DNA of 64,000 nucleotides from a virus (lineage: Duplodnaviria; Caudoviricetes), in IMG/VR virus record IMGVR_UViG_3300045015_000053. One strand, given 5' to 3'. How positions within the stretch are numbered: the stretch's first letter is position 1; each line of letters begins with the position of its first letter. Of the stretch, positions 55,683 to 64,000 are shown piece by piece. The translations under genes were made by a program, and so were the position numbers. Under the pieces are notes generated by a model. It worked only from the letters and a program-made list of their open reading frames with translations, had not been told where the DNA came from and ran no database searches.

Positions 55683-56031
55683 ACTACCTGATCGAACACA
55701 AAGAACTGGCGATCTGCTCGCTGATCGTCGGGCTGTTCCTGCCGATGGTCGTGCGAAAGATCTACTCGACGTTCTGCTGGTGCGGGGAGAAGGCCGTCGC
55801 GTTCTTCGACAACCCCTACGGCACTGGCATACTGACTGCGATTCTGGTGGCGGGCCAGTTTTTCTGGCTCCAGCAGTGGATTTTCGCCTATAACGAGGTT
55901 ACACAACACGACCGTACAACAGGTTCGTATACACGCCGATCACGGTGGCGATTCCGATGTTCTTCGCGAACATCGCGTTCATCATCATGGCGGCACTTCG
56001 GACGGTCGGCGCAATCGACGCGAGAAAGTGA
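55679..56031 (+). CDS. Membrane protein with a 1-nt frame break near 55897
   Basis: The shifted frame gives a third TM helix and a TGATG overlap with the next gene. Confidence 0.5.
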
Positions 56032-56381
56032 TGAAAGTCATCGACCGCTACGAAGATGACATGAAGCTCGGCGAGCCTGTTCGCAGCAAGCTCGCCGAGG
56101 CTTATCGCATTTTGAATGACACCAAGACCCGGCTCCGCGAACACGCCGCCGCCAACAGGGTTGACATTTCTTTCTACATGCGGGCGTTGAACACCGCCTT
56201 CCAAATCACTCGTTCCGCCATTGTCGCGGGACGCGATAGGGATCGGATGAATCTCCTTTTCAGCTTGTACAAGGCCGAAATGATGTTGAAGTTTCGGTCG
56301 TCGCCGCGACTCGAAAAGCTGCTCAAGTGTGAAGAACTCGCCAAACAAATCGCCGTCGAACTTTTCGGGGGACTTCTGTGA
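56031..56381 (+). CDS. Hypothetical helical protein
   Basis: Coupled ORF. Confidence 0.65.
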   Translation: MKVIDRYEDDMKLGEPVRSKLAEAYRILNDTKTRLREHAAANRVDISFYMRALNTAFQITRSAIVAGRDRDRMNLLFSLYKAEMMLKFRSSPRLEKLLKCEELAKQIAVELFGGLL

Positions 56382-57106
56382 TCATCGCCACTAACATGAG
56401 CAAGAAAAACCCGATCCACGACGTGATCGCTTACTCGCCCGTCGAACGACAGGTCTACGACCTTTTCAGGCCGAAAGCCAAAGTCGGCTACCGGATCGAA
56501 GATTTCTTAGTTCTTGAAATCAACGGAGTCAGTTGCGGCGTCGAAAGCAGTTACAAGAACGCAAAGTTGTCTGTGATCCGTGGTTACGACCCCGACGAGC
56601 CAAACTTCCACGGCCAGTACCCCTCGGCCATCCTGCCTTACAACAAGGACGTGTCGAAAGACGTGACGAAGTTCATCGCCGCCCTGTCGAAGATCAACGA
56701 CCTTCACGCCCGCGCCAAAGCCCTCGTGAGGAAATTGCCCGCGTCCGATAAGGTCGAAGACTTCTTGAAACAAAAACTTGCCGGGGACGGCCTCACCGTT
56801 CGTTACTGGCACGCGATTGGTGAAATCAGCGGGTTGGAACTTATGTTCCACGTCATGCCCGAAGGTCAAGCTCCTGCTCAGGGCGTGATGCTATGTTTTG
56901 AACACAACACGCACAAGATCAATCCGTTCTGGAACGGTTTCACCAAGCGTCGTTCCAAGCATTACGGGCCGGTCGATACCGTCGATCTGGCGGCGGGGCC
57001 GTGTGGCACGGGCGTTGACGCCATGAAACGCCACGTTCGGGTAATTGAAAACCTCAACAAGCGGATCGCCGCGTTCGAGATCGGGCGGTCAGGTCAACGT
57101 GGTTGA
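56378..57106 (+). CDS. Hypothetical protein
   Basis: GTGA coupled. Confidence 0.65.
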   Translation: MIIATNMSKKNPIHDVIAYSPVERQVYDLFRPKAKVGYRIEDFLVLEINGVSCGVESSYKNAKLSVIRGYDPDEPNFHGQYPSAILPYNKDVSKDVTKFIAALSKINDLHARAKALVRKLPASDKVEDFLKQKLAGDGLTVRYWHAIGEISGLELMFHVMPEGQAPAQGVMLCFEHNTHKINPFWNGFTKRRSKHYGPVDTVDLAAGPCGTGVDAMKRHVRVIENLNKRIAAFEIGRSGQRG

Positions 57107-57668
57107 CGCTACCCCGGAAGAAGAAGTCGCCTACTTAAAGGAACGTGGCATGTTGAACGTCGAGATCAAAGCACGCTGTGCGAAGGAACTTCACGCCGAG
57201 TTCGAGAAGACAGTTCTGGGACGCGGCGGCGAATTCCACGGCTGCGACCACCAGATCGACACCTACTTCAACGTTCCGATGGGCCGGCTGAAGCTGCGAG
57301 AGGGGAACATCGAGAACTTCCTCGTGCAGTATAGCCGCCCCGACCAAGCCGGGCCAAAGATCAGCCAGTTCCGGTTGGTGAAGAACCCAAAGGACTCTGG
57401 GCTGAAAGAGGCTCTGACGGCTGCTCTCGGTGTGCTGGCGGTCGTGGATAAGTGGCGTGACATCTACTGGATCGGCAACGTCAAGATCCACTTCGATTCG
57501 GTGGATAGCCTCGGCACGTTTGTCGAGATCGAGGCTCAGGACAAAGACGGTACAATGACAGTGGATCGGCTCCGCGAACAGACCGATGAACTGATCGCTG
57601 CTTTCGGGATCAAGCCGGAAGACCTGATCTCCGAGAGCTACAGCGACATGATCCTGAAAGGCGTGTAA
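57099..57668 (+). CDS. CYTH-domain protein (class IV adenylate cyclase-like)
   Basis: NVEIKAR, QIDTYF, RLKLRE, K.RDIY, FVEIE. Confidence 0.9.
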   Translation: MVDATPEEEVAYLKERGMLNVEIKARCAKELHAEFEKTVLGRGGEFHGCDHQIDTYFNVPMGRLKLREGNIENFLVQYSRPDQAGPKISQFRLVKNPKDSGLKEALTAALGVLAVVDKWRDIYWIGNVKIHFDSVDSLGTFVEIEAQDKDGTMTVDRLREQTDELIAAFGIKPEDLISESYSDMILKGV

Positions 57669-57729
57669 GAAAAAGACATCAGAATTTCTTAGCTCGGTGT
57701 GGTGAAATGAACTGCGTGAAGGTGGTACT

Positions 57730-57930
57730 ATGACTCTGAAGCAACTGCGGGCGCGTATTGCGGCCAAGAAAGCCGCCAAAGAGCCGCATAATCTCGCCGG
57801 CATCCGTAACGGCGGCGAGTTGTACATCAACGACCAGACGGGTAAAACCGTCTTCGGGCCGATGCACATGGAACGCGACTTCGCGAAAAAGTTCTGCGAA
57901 GAACTGGGGATTCCTTTTACCGAGGACTGA
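57730..57930 (+). CDS. Small hypothetical protein
   Basis: RBS AAGG. Confidence 0.6.
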   Translation: MTLKQLRARIAAKKAAKEPHNLAGIRNGGELYINDQTGKTVFGPMHMERDFAKKFCEELGIPFTED

Positions 57931-57931
57931 G

Positions 57932-58186
57932 ATGAAGGTCTGGTTTACTAAAGAGGCCAACTCGGACAATCTGCACGAGGGCTTCTTGATCAGTGACGGC
58001 CCTCGGCGTTTGCGAGTCATCGCGATGGGCAGCGTCAATGACAGCATTGTCGTTCTCGATCCGCAAATCGAGTTCTTCAGCAGCATGATGGTGATCAAGG
58101 GGTTCGAGGAGGCGGGCGCACTCCTGAACGACAAGGACGTGTTCCATTTGGTCAGCGTCATGGCTTTGTACGAAAACCCCAAATAG
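57932..58186 (+). CDS. Small hypothetical protein
   Basis: RBS GAGG; ends TAG. Confidence 0.6.
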   Translation: MKVWFTKEANSDNLHEGFLISDGPRRLRVIAMGSVNDSIVVLDPQIEFFSSMMVIKGFEEAGALLNDKDVFHLVSVMALYENPK

Positions 58187-58193
58187 GTGCAAA

Positions 58194-58385
58194 ATGGACG
58201 AACTCATCAAGGCGGCAGACATCGTTACCACCGTTCTCTGGAACGAGATGGAGCGAAACGAACTGTCGCCTGACAAGCCCACGCTGGAACGGGTCAATCG
58301 AATCGGACCAAACACGACCGAAATCGAGATCCGGTTCCCCGGCCGCAAGTTCAAGAAGTTCGTGCTGACTATTGACCCGCAATAG
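58194..58385 (+). CDS. Small hypothetical protein
   Basis: Ends TAG 7 nt before the tRNA. Confidence 0.6.
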   Translation: MDELIKAADIVTTVLWNEMERNELSPDKPTLERVNRIGPNTTEIEIRFPGRKFKKFVLTIDPQ

Positions 58386-58392
58386 CCAACCC

Positions 58393-58463
58393 CCACCTTT
58401 GGGCCAGTGGCTGGCCAGCGATCTCTAAAATCGCGCACATCGGTTCGATTCCGATAAGGTGGG
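58393..58463 (+). tRNA. tRNA with CUA anticodon (amber suppressor type), CCA not encoded
   Basis: Acceptor CCACCTT/AAGGTGG, U8, D stem GGCC/GGCC with GG, anticodon stem GCGAT/ATCGC, loop CT-CTA-AA, T arm ATCGG-TTCGATT-CCGAT. Confidence 0.9.
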
Positions 58464-58501
58464 CTGAATCTAAAACAAAATTTGCATTGGTCAGAACGAC
58501 A

Positions 58502-58529
58502 ATCGGTTCGATCCCCACAAGGTGGGCTG
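58502..58529 (+). repeat. Degenerate duplicate of the tRNA 3' end
   Basis: 25/28 identical to 58439-58466. Confidence 0.8.
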
Positions 58530-58542
58530 GAGGAAAACAAAA

Positions 58543-59100
58543 ATGAACGCTAATGATCTCGTCAACGTATTGTCCGGCACGACCACTCGCAGGGGCTTCC
58601 TCGCCGAGACAATGGGTGTTGTGACCGCTCCGTTCTTCGCCACTGACAACCTGCTGGCGGATGTCCCTCTCGTTCAGGAACACATCGTCGCCCGCGCCGA
58701 CCGCCCGAACGGGAACAAACGGATCTACCCGCTCTCCGTGCTGCAAAGAGTTGTCGCAGATTCGGCCGACGCGGTCGCGCACAGACAGATGATCGGTCAG
58801 TTGGGGATGCCCGCCGACAGCATCATCCACTTCAGTCAGGCGAGCCACATTGTTAGGTCGCTCAAACTGAGTGACTTCGGCCCGCAGATCGGGTGGCAGT
58901 TGATCGCCGAAATCGAACTGCTCGCCACCCCCTGCGGCGTCATCCTGAAGAAGCTGTTGGCATCGCCCGGACAGGTGGCGTTCAGGACGGCCGGGGTGGG
59001 CCACGGCAAGATCAACGATGACGGCATTCTGGTGATTGACGATTCTTACAAGCTGGTCGGCGTTCACGCTGTTCCGGCAAAAGACGCCGTGTGGATTTGA
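58543..59100 (+). CDS. T4 gp21-like prohead protease homolog with a twin-arginine-like N-terminus
   Basis: NGNKRIYP..VL, GQLG.P, ASH, ATPCG.ILK, GVG; N-terminal TRRGFL. Confidence 0.65.
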   Translation: MNANDLVNVLSGTTTRRGFLAETMGVVTAPFFATDNLLADVPLVQEHIVARADRPNGNKRIYPLSVLQRVVADSADAVAHRQMIGQLGMPADSIIHFSQASHIVRSLKLSDFGPQIGWQLIAEIELLATPCGVILKKLLASPGQVAFRTAGVGHGKINDDGILVIDDSYKLVGVHAVPAKDAVWI

Positions 59101-59101
59101 C

Positions 59102-59308
59102 ATGAAAGACAAGCCCCTGCCGCCGCTCAAACTGGTTGACGCCTCGCTTGACAAGCAGAACGCGGCGGCACTATACTTCACGCTCGTTTTCGAGGACGCG
59201 GCCGGTCGCAAGTGGACGACTTGGGGCGGCAAGTTCTTCGATGATCTCAAACCCGTGGGTGAACCGTGCCAGCAGACAGAATGTCCCGCAAATACGCCGA
59301 AGGCGTAG
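59102..59308 (+). CDS. Small hypothetical protein
   Basis: ATG 59102. Confidence 0.55.
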   Translation: MKDKPLPPLKLVDASLDKQNAAALYFTLVFEDAAGRKWTTWGGKFFDDLKPVGEPCQQTECPANTPKA

Positions 59309-59466
59309 TGAAAACCCTCGGCGAGTGCGTCGAGAAGATCGACGCCGTGATCGAACACGAACTGGCGCACAACAACTTCGAGGCGGTCGCCACGATGAAG
59401 GAGATGCGCGGCCGGTGGGAAACAAAAATCGAAGAAGCCGAAAAACGCCTGAAGGAAGACGACTAA
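59281..59466 (+). CDS. Small helical protein
   Basis: ATG 59281. Confidence 0.6.
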   Translation: MSRKYAEGVVKTLGECVEKIDAVIEHELAHNNFEAVATMKEMRGRWETKIEEAEKRLKEDD

Positions 59467-59469
59467 ACG

Positions 59470-59479
59470 GTCTATACTG
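59470..59479 (+). promoter_or_regulatory. GTCTATACTG promoter box
   Basis: Same 10-mer as at 18541 and 41918. Confidence 0.55.
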
Positions 59480-59542
59480 GCAAGGCGAAAGGGGGCAAGT
59501 CGCCCCCTCAAACGAAACGAAAACCCTGACCGAGTTGCGACA

Positions 59543-59893
59543 ATGTCCACCAACGATCTGGATCGCCTGAACAACACCGCGCCGCACATGCACGGCAAGA
59601 AGCTCGCCGACGTGAACCTCGAACAACTCTGCACCGCCATCGAAGTGTGGAACTACACGAACGCCGGCAAGAAGTCCAACGGCACGCAGACCTTCGACAT
59701 GCGGGACATCATCGAGGGTGCCGCCCTGTTCGCCTCGCCCGATACGCCGTGGGTGGTGATCGAGAGCGGCCCGCTCACCGGCCACCGCTACTGCAAGACG
59801 CAGCACGGGCTGGTCCTGCAAGCCCCCAAGCCCTCGAACGAGATGAGCCTGCTGGCCGAGGCGACCGCGCGGACCCTCGGCGTCAAGGTCTAA
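59543..59893 (+). CDS. Hypothetical protein
   Basis: Strong phage codon bias. Confidence 0.7.
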   Translation: MSTNDLDRLNNTAPHMHGKKLADVNLEQLCTAIEVWNYTNAGKKSNGTQTFDMRDIIEGAALFASPDTPWVVIESGPLTGHRYCKTQHGLVLQAPKPSNEMSLLAEATARTLGVKV

Positions 59894-59906
59894 ACCGGAG
59901 TGAGCA

Positions 59907-60179
59907 ATGGCGACGTTACGGGAACTACGGACGAACGCGGGCCTCAGCCAGTTCCGATTGGCCGAACTAGCTGGTGTTCCGTTCCGCGAAGCGAGCCGAC
60001 TGGAACACGGTCGGCCCGTCCCGCCCGAAACGAAGGCCAAACTGCTCGCCTACTTCGGCGTGACCGAGTTCGATGATCCTCCGATGGACGCGCCGGCCGA
60101 CAACCCGGCGCGTCCATTCCCAGACGATGATGACGACCTCTACCGTTGTCAGTGGCCTTTACCCATTCCGAGGCTGTAA
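59907..60179 (+). CDS. XRE-family helix-turn-helix protein
   Basis: LRELRTNAGLSQFRLAELAGV. Confidence 0.75.
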   Translation: MATLRELRTNAGLSQFRLAELAGVPFREASRLEHGRPVPPETKAKLLAYFGVTEFDDPPMDAPADNPARPFPDDDDDLYRCQWPLPIPRL

Positions 60180-60181
60180 AC

Positions 60182-60382
60182 ATGATCGGTGCTTTCATCG
60201 GGTTCGTCATCAGTTTGCCGTTCGTGATCGCGGTCGATAGCGTCAGCAACTGGTGGATGCTGTGGGCCGCTCTGATCGGCTTCTTCTTTGAACTCGTCGT
60301 CCGGCTCGGCGGCGGGGAAGGATTCGGTGACGCCCTCTTACACTTCGGAGCATGGTCATGGGTCGCAAGCGAGACAACGTGA
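60182..60382 (+). CDS. Small membrane protein
   Basis: Two hydrophobic helices. Confidence 0.55.
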   Translation: MIGAFIGFVISLPFVIAVDSVSNWWMLWAALIGFFFELVVRLGGGEGFGDALLHFGAWSWVASETT

Positions 60383-60702
60383 AAGCTCTCGAAAAGTTCA
60401 GCACCGCCGAACTCGAAGGGGAGATCGTCAGACGCAAACAGGGCAGCAGCGAGTGGGGCTATGTCGTCATGACCAATGACGAGGACTATGACGACAAGCG
60501 CCCACGATTCGGCATCGTTAACGTCAAATACTGGCAGAAAAACGAGGGACTCGAAGATCGCTGCCTCGGCCACGACGTTCGTCTCCCTCGCGGGTTTCAC
60601 GAGTCGCAAGAGTCCCAGTATACATACAGCGGCACTCTGAAGGACGGGAAGACGGCACTTGATAGTGCCGGTTTCAAGTACCTCGGCGAGTGTGACGATT
60701 AA
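60352..60702 (+). CDS. Hypothetical protein
   Basis: RBS GGAG. Confidence 0.65.
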   Translation: MVMGRKRDNVKALEKFSTAELEGEIVRRKQGSSEWGYVVMTNDEDYDDKRPRFGIVNVKYWQKNEGLEDRCLGHDVRLPRGFHESQESQYTYSGTLKDGKTALDSAGFKYLGECDD

Positions 60703-60711
60703 GGTGCAATC

Positions 60712-60918
60712 ATGGCAGAAGAACGGAACAAGAAGTGTCCGGCGTGCGGTGGGACGGGAGAACTCGCCACCTCTCACCGCTTTACCTGCTACGAGTGTAA
60801 CGGCCACGGCAAAGTCACCGACTCCGAACACGCGAGGATCGCCAAGAGCGAGGCCGAAATCGGCCGTGCCTTTGACGCCAGACTGACCGCGAGTGAATAC
60901 CGACAGATGGGTGGATGA
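60712..60918 (+). CDS. DnaJ-type Zn-finger small protein
   Basis: CPACGGTG..CYECNGHG. Confidence 0.7.
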   Translation: MAEERNKKCPACGGTGELATSHRFTCYECNGHGKVTDSEHARIAKSEAEIGRAFDARLTASEYRQMGG

Positions 60919-61337
60919 TGTTCGCGGTTCTTGTTTCTGACGGCACGCTGGAAAACAAGTGGGGACTGGACATGTTCGCCGTACTCTGTTCGGACGGTGC
61001 CATAACCGTCGAAGACGTGACCGGAGCCTGCCGCCGCGAGCAGTGGGTTCCTTTGGCAGTCACCCGGCCGCGAGGTCAGCCCGAAGCCAACCCCACCCTT
61101 CTGCTGTTCGACAACGAGCGAACCGCGCGGAAGTTCGCGATGAAGAACTTCCCGAAGGACTGGCTCGTCTCGGTCGTACAACTCGCCGACGCCGACCACG
61201 AGTGGGTGAAAAACAGGGGCTGGCTGACGGAGAAAATCGACTATCCACGCACCATGAACTCACACCCGGACTACGAATTGACATACGCCGTCCTCGAATT
61301 TAGGAACGTCCCCGATGTCGGCATCATCCGAATGTGA
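60915..61337 (+). CDS. Hypothetical protein
   Basis: Coupled ORF. Confidence 0.65.
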   Translation: MMFAVLVSDGTLENKWGLDMFAVLCSDGAITVEDVTGACRREQWVPLAVTRPRGQPEANPTLLLFDNERTARKFAMKNFPKDWLVSVVQLADADHEWVKNRGWLTEKIDYPRTMNSHPDYELTYAVLEFRNVPDVGIIRM

Positions 61338-62286
61338 CAACGATCTCGATGCCAAAAGCCGAGTGGCCAGAGAGGTTTTCGACCAACTGCCTCTCCGCAA
61401 GAAGGTCGAGTTTGTCCTGCTTTACGGGGAGTGGCAGTACCGCCCCGCAGAGTCAATCGCGGCCGAACTCGGCGTCACGGTGAAAGAGGTCCAGTGGATT
61501 CTGGGCGAGTTGGTGTTCGACGGTATTGCAGTGCTTCACTCTCACAGCGATTCATACAGACACGTTGAGAGGACGAACGTGGAAATGAGCCGCGAAGAGA
61601 AGTCGCTCAAAGAAGCGATGTTGTGGGAGAAAGCTCGGCCAATCGATCCGAACACATTCCTGCCGATAGACGATCTTGCTTCGGGCGAATCCGTACTCGA
61701 TACGGATCAAGATGAGATGTGTGAAACCGCAAACGCTGGATTCTCTATGTCAGCGAATCCACGACCGCAAAGACAAAAACATCGCCGACACATGAGGGAC
61801 TTGGTCATGTTGACTGGATACCTGCCGGAAAACCTGATCGTCAAGGCGATCACGGACGCCATGATGCACGCCCGCGAGGTGTCCGAGCGGGAACACATCA
61901 AGGCCGACCGCATCGAGCGTGTCAACCAGTTCATCGTCAGCCTGCGCCGTCAACTCGGCTACATGGACGACAAGTACCGTACCGAACGTGAGTACCTGTC
62001 CGCGAAGCTCACGAACAAGGAAGTCTGGTACGACATTGGCGTGTTGAACCCGGAACGCATCTGGGGCATCCACGACATGCCGTACACCACCGTTCAGCGG
62101 TGGGTTCTCCAAGCTCAAGCCGGAATTTCTGTCACCGGCAACCTTCAGCAAGCCATTGATGGTAGCCTGATGAACCTGAAGGGTACGATCTTGGTGGCGC
62201 AGGGTTGCAACCTTGTCACCGACCAACTCAACAAGGACGCGGACAAGGTGGTTTCTGAAATGGCGGCAATCGCCGCCAATCTCTAA
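61315..62286 (+). CDS. Hypothetical protein (HTH-like N-terminus; internal start at MSREEK possible)
   Basis: SIAAELGVTVKEVQWIL. Confidence 0.55.
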   Translation: MSASSECDNDLDAKSRVAREVFDQLPLRKKVEFVLLYGEWQYRPAESIAAELGVTVKEVQWILGELVFDGIAVLHSHSDSYRHVERTNVEMSREEKSLKEAMLWEKARPIDPNTFLPIDDLASGESVLDTDQDEMCETANAGFSMSANPRPQRQKHRRHMRDLVMLTGYLPENLIVKAITDAMMHAREVSEREHIKADRIERVNQFIVSLRRQLGYMDDKYRTEREYLSAKLTNKEVWYDIGVLNPERIWGIHDMPYTTVQRWVLQAQAGISVTGNLQQAIDGSLMNLKGTILVAQGCNLVTDQLNKDADKVVSEMAAIAANL

Positions 62287-62300
62287 GAGGACCGAACGTC

Positions 62301-63035
62301 ATGGGCAACGATCCGCAGACACAACAGCCGACCAACTTCGACCGCTTCTTCGCCGTTCTCGGATTCGATCCGGGGAAGGAAACGGGTCCGAAGGAAGAGG
62401 TCAAGGGACTCGGTCTGTTCGCCGAGGCGATGCGTGAAGTCGTCAAGGAACGCACCGAGGCCAACAAGGTCAAGGCGGTCGCCGCGATCCGTCAGGTGAT
62501 CGACCTGAAGACCAAGTGGGACGACGAGGAACGCAAGTTCCTCGTGAGCAAGAACAAGTTCTTCAACGACTTTGGCAAGGTCGTCGCGAAGATCGAAGCC
62601 ATGTCCCGTGGTGAAAGCCTCACCAGCATCGAAGCGTCCGAAGCCCGCGAGAAGGAAGGCGTCGAGAACGTCGTGCCACAAACGGCCGGCGCGGAGTTCG
62701 ACCGCCTGTTCAAGACGCTCGGTTTCGATCCGAGCCGCGAGGTCGGGCCGAAGGAAGAGGTCAGTGGTTCCGGCCTGTTCGCCGAGGCGATGAAGGAAGT
62801 CGTCAAGGAGCGGACGGAGGCGAACAAGGTCAAGGCCGTGGCGGTCATCCGTCAGGTGATCGACCTGAAAGCCAAGTGGGACGAAGAGGAACGCAAGTTC
62901 AACTCCGCGAAGAAGAAGTTCTTCAAGGAGTTCGACAAGGCGCTCAAGCGGATCGAGGGGATGGCTCGCGGGGAGAACCTCGCGAGCGTCGAAGCGAAAG
63001 AGAAGGAAGAAGAAGGCGGCAAGAAGGACGAGTAA
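62301..63035 (+). CDS. Protein made of two tandem ~120-aa repeats
   Basis: FDR..LGFDP..GPKEEV..GLFAEAM.EVVKERTEANKVKAV occurs twice; DNA period 360 nt. Confidence 0.8.
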   Translation: MGNDPQTQQPTNFDRFFAVLGFDPGKETGPKEEVKGLGLFAEAMREVVKERTEANKVKAVAAIRQVIDLKTKWDDEERKFLVSKNKFFNDFGKVVAKIEAMSRGESLTSIEASEAREKEGVENVVPQTAGAEFDRLFKTLGFDPSREVGPKEEVSGSGLFAEAMKEVVKERTEANKVKAVAVIRQVIDLKAKWDEEERKFNSAKKKFFKEFDKALKRIEGMARGENLASVEAKEKEEEGGKKDE

Positions 63036-63983
63036 TCAGTCCGAATCGGCGATCACGACCCACGCATTGTGGGTCGTGTCCCATTTCGGCAGTTCGGCGA
63101 TGCCACTCTGTTCGTAGCCGAAGCTGATCTTGAAGTCGTCCCCGTACCGGCCTTTGGTCTTGGTGTTAACCTTGCCCATGAGCCGGACATTTCTTTTCAT
63201 GTACTCCGAATACCCGTAGTTGCTTATGCCATTGTAAAAATCATCGATGTAGTCAGGTACGTCGAGTTCGATCACGCCCTGGCTCCAGCCGTGGTATTGC
63301 ACCATCGCTCTGTCGCCGTCCCGCATCAGTTTCGGCCATTTTACATCGGCCATAAACCGTTTCACGAATTGCGGTTTGGTCATCTTTGTTTCGTCGGCCA
63401 GATCTTCGTGTACTTCCGGTGGTTGGAACTCGGCCATCGCCTCTGCCACTTCGGGTTCGCGTAGGAAGTCGATCTTCTGGGCCTTCTCGCCACGCAGTTT
63501 GTTGATGGCGTCTTTCATCTCGTCAACTTTGCCGCCCATCCTCTGAACCCACTCCTTGATCACCTCGGCCATAACCGCCGCGAAGATCTTGTCGGCGATG
63601 TTGTCGTAGCCGTTCGCGAGGCCGGCGACGAACCGCTTGGTCCCTTCCGCCCAAGCCGCACTGCCCACGTCGTCAAAGAGTTCTCCGTCAACCTCGAAGA
63701 CGGCGTCAATGATCGCTTCCGTCGTCTCGTCGTCCAGTTCTTCTTTTTCTTTGAGGTGCTTCCGCAGTTCTTCCATGTGCTTGTTGACTTCGAGGACGTA
63801 AGCCGCTGTTTTACCGGCACGCCACACCTTCGACCCACCCGACACAGCCCCGGATACGATCTTCCAGATACTTGTTGCCGCGCCTACAACGTTGCCCGTC
63901 GCCGCACTAGCCGCCAACCCGGTGACGCCTTTGGCGAGGCTCCAGGCGTCACCTGCGGCACCGGCCACGTCTTTGTTCCTCAT
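63036..63983 (-). CDS. Hypothetical protein, probably 5'-truncated by the window edge
   Basis: Ala/Gly-rich N-terminal helix; long ORF. Confidence 0.65.
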   Translation of the reverse strand: MRNKDVAGAAGDAWSLAKGVTGLAASAATGNVVGAATSIWKIVSGAVSGGSKVWRAGKTAAYVLEVNKHMEELRKHLKEKEELDDETTEAIIDAVFEVDGELFDDVGSAAWAEGTKRFVAGLANGYDNIADKIFAAVMAEVIKEWVQRMGGKVDEMKDAINKLRGEKAQKIDFLREPEVAEAMAEFQPPEVHEDLADETKMTKPQFVKRFMADVKWPKLMRDGDRAMVQYHGWSQGVIELDVPDYIDDFYNGISNYGYSEYMKRNVRLMGKVNTKTKGRYGDDFKISFGYEQSGIAELPKWDTTHNAWVVIADSD

Positions 63984-64000
63984 CGCGTGTGCGGTCGCCA

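Noticed and set aside
58393-58463. tRNA-Pyl
   Set aside because: It has a canonical 2-nt connector, 5-bp anticodon stem, D-loop GG and TTCGA T loop; no pyl genes are in the window.
63054-63078. 10-bp hairpin CACGACCCAC/GTGGGTCGTG
   Set aside because: It lies inside a coding 3' end with no U tract; at most a terminator between convergent genes.
1-64000. Genome-wide TAG or TGA reassignment
   Set aside because: Conserved genes are full length under code 11, coding density is high, and TGA/TAG fall at coupled gene ends.
1-64000. Prophage or integrative element
   Set aside because: No integrase and no host housekeeping flank; gene content and late-promoter pattern fit a large lytic phage.

Overview
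A 64-kb, GC-rich and densely coding segment of a large lytic dsDNA phage genome (T4-like/jumbo style). There is no CRISPR array and no integrase, and no capsid, tail or terminase module lies in the window. The host is inferred to be a planctomycete from the sigma-70, BON and GYF_2-like genes. Most of about 100 genes are on the + strand and encode accessory functions. These cover translation control (RF1-like release factor, Pth2, an amber tRNA-CUA), nucleic-acid repair (three ligase-type nucleotidyltransferases, kinase, phosphoesterase) and ADP-ribose metabolism (PARP-like, ART-like, NUDIX, ADP-ribosylglycohydrolase, an atypical Prs). They also include FolD, ClpX, a sigma factor, glycosyltransferases, ParB, a MotA/ExbB-type membrane cluster, two free-standing HNH endonucleases and two inteins. 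The main finding is the release-factor gene. Its only RBS-supported start (ATG 6670) reaches the RF reading frame only through two consecutive prfB-type +1 frameshift sites, both TGG-CTT-TGA-C, which suggests a double UGA-sensing gate. Other notable items are a well-formed tRNA with a CUA anticodon in a genome that is not globally recoded, a 300-nt nested-helix candidate ncRNA, a repeated intergenic motif (GCGCAATTTCGGAGAC), and a family of late-promoter genes sharing an M-x-F-x-x-W/F..E leader. Four single-base frame breaks elsewhere may be sequencing errors. All protein assignments come from motif recognition by eye, not from database searches.
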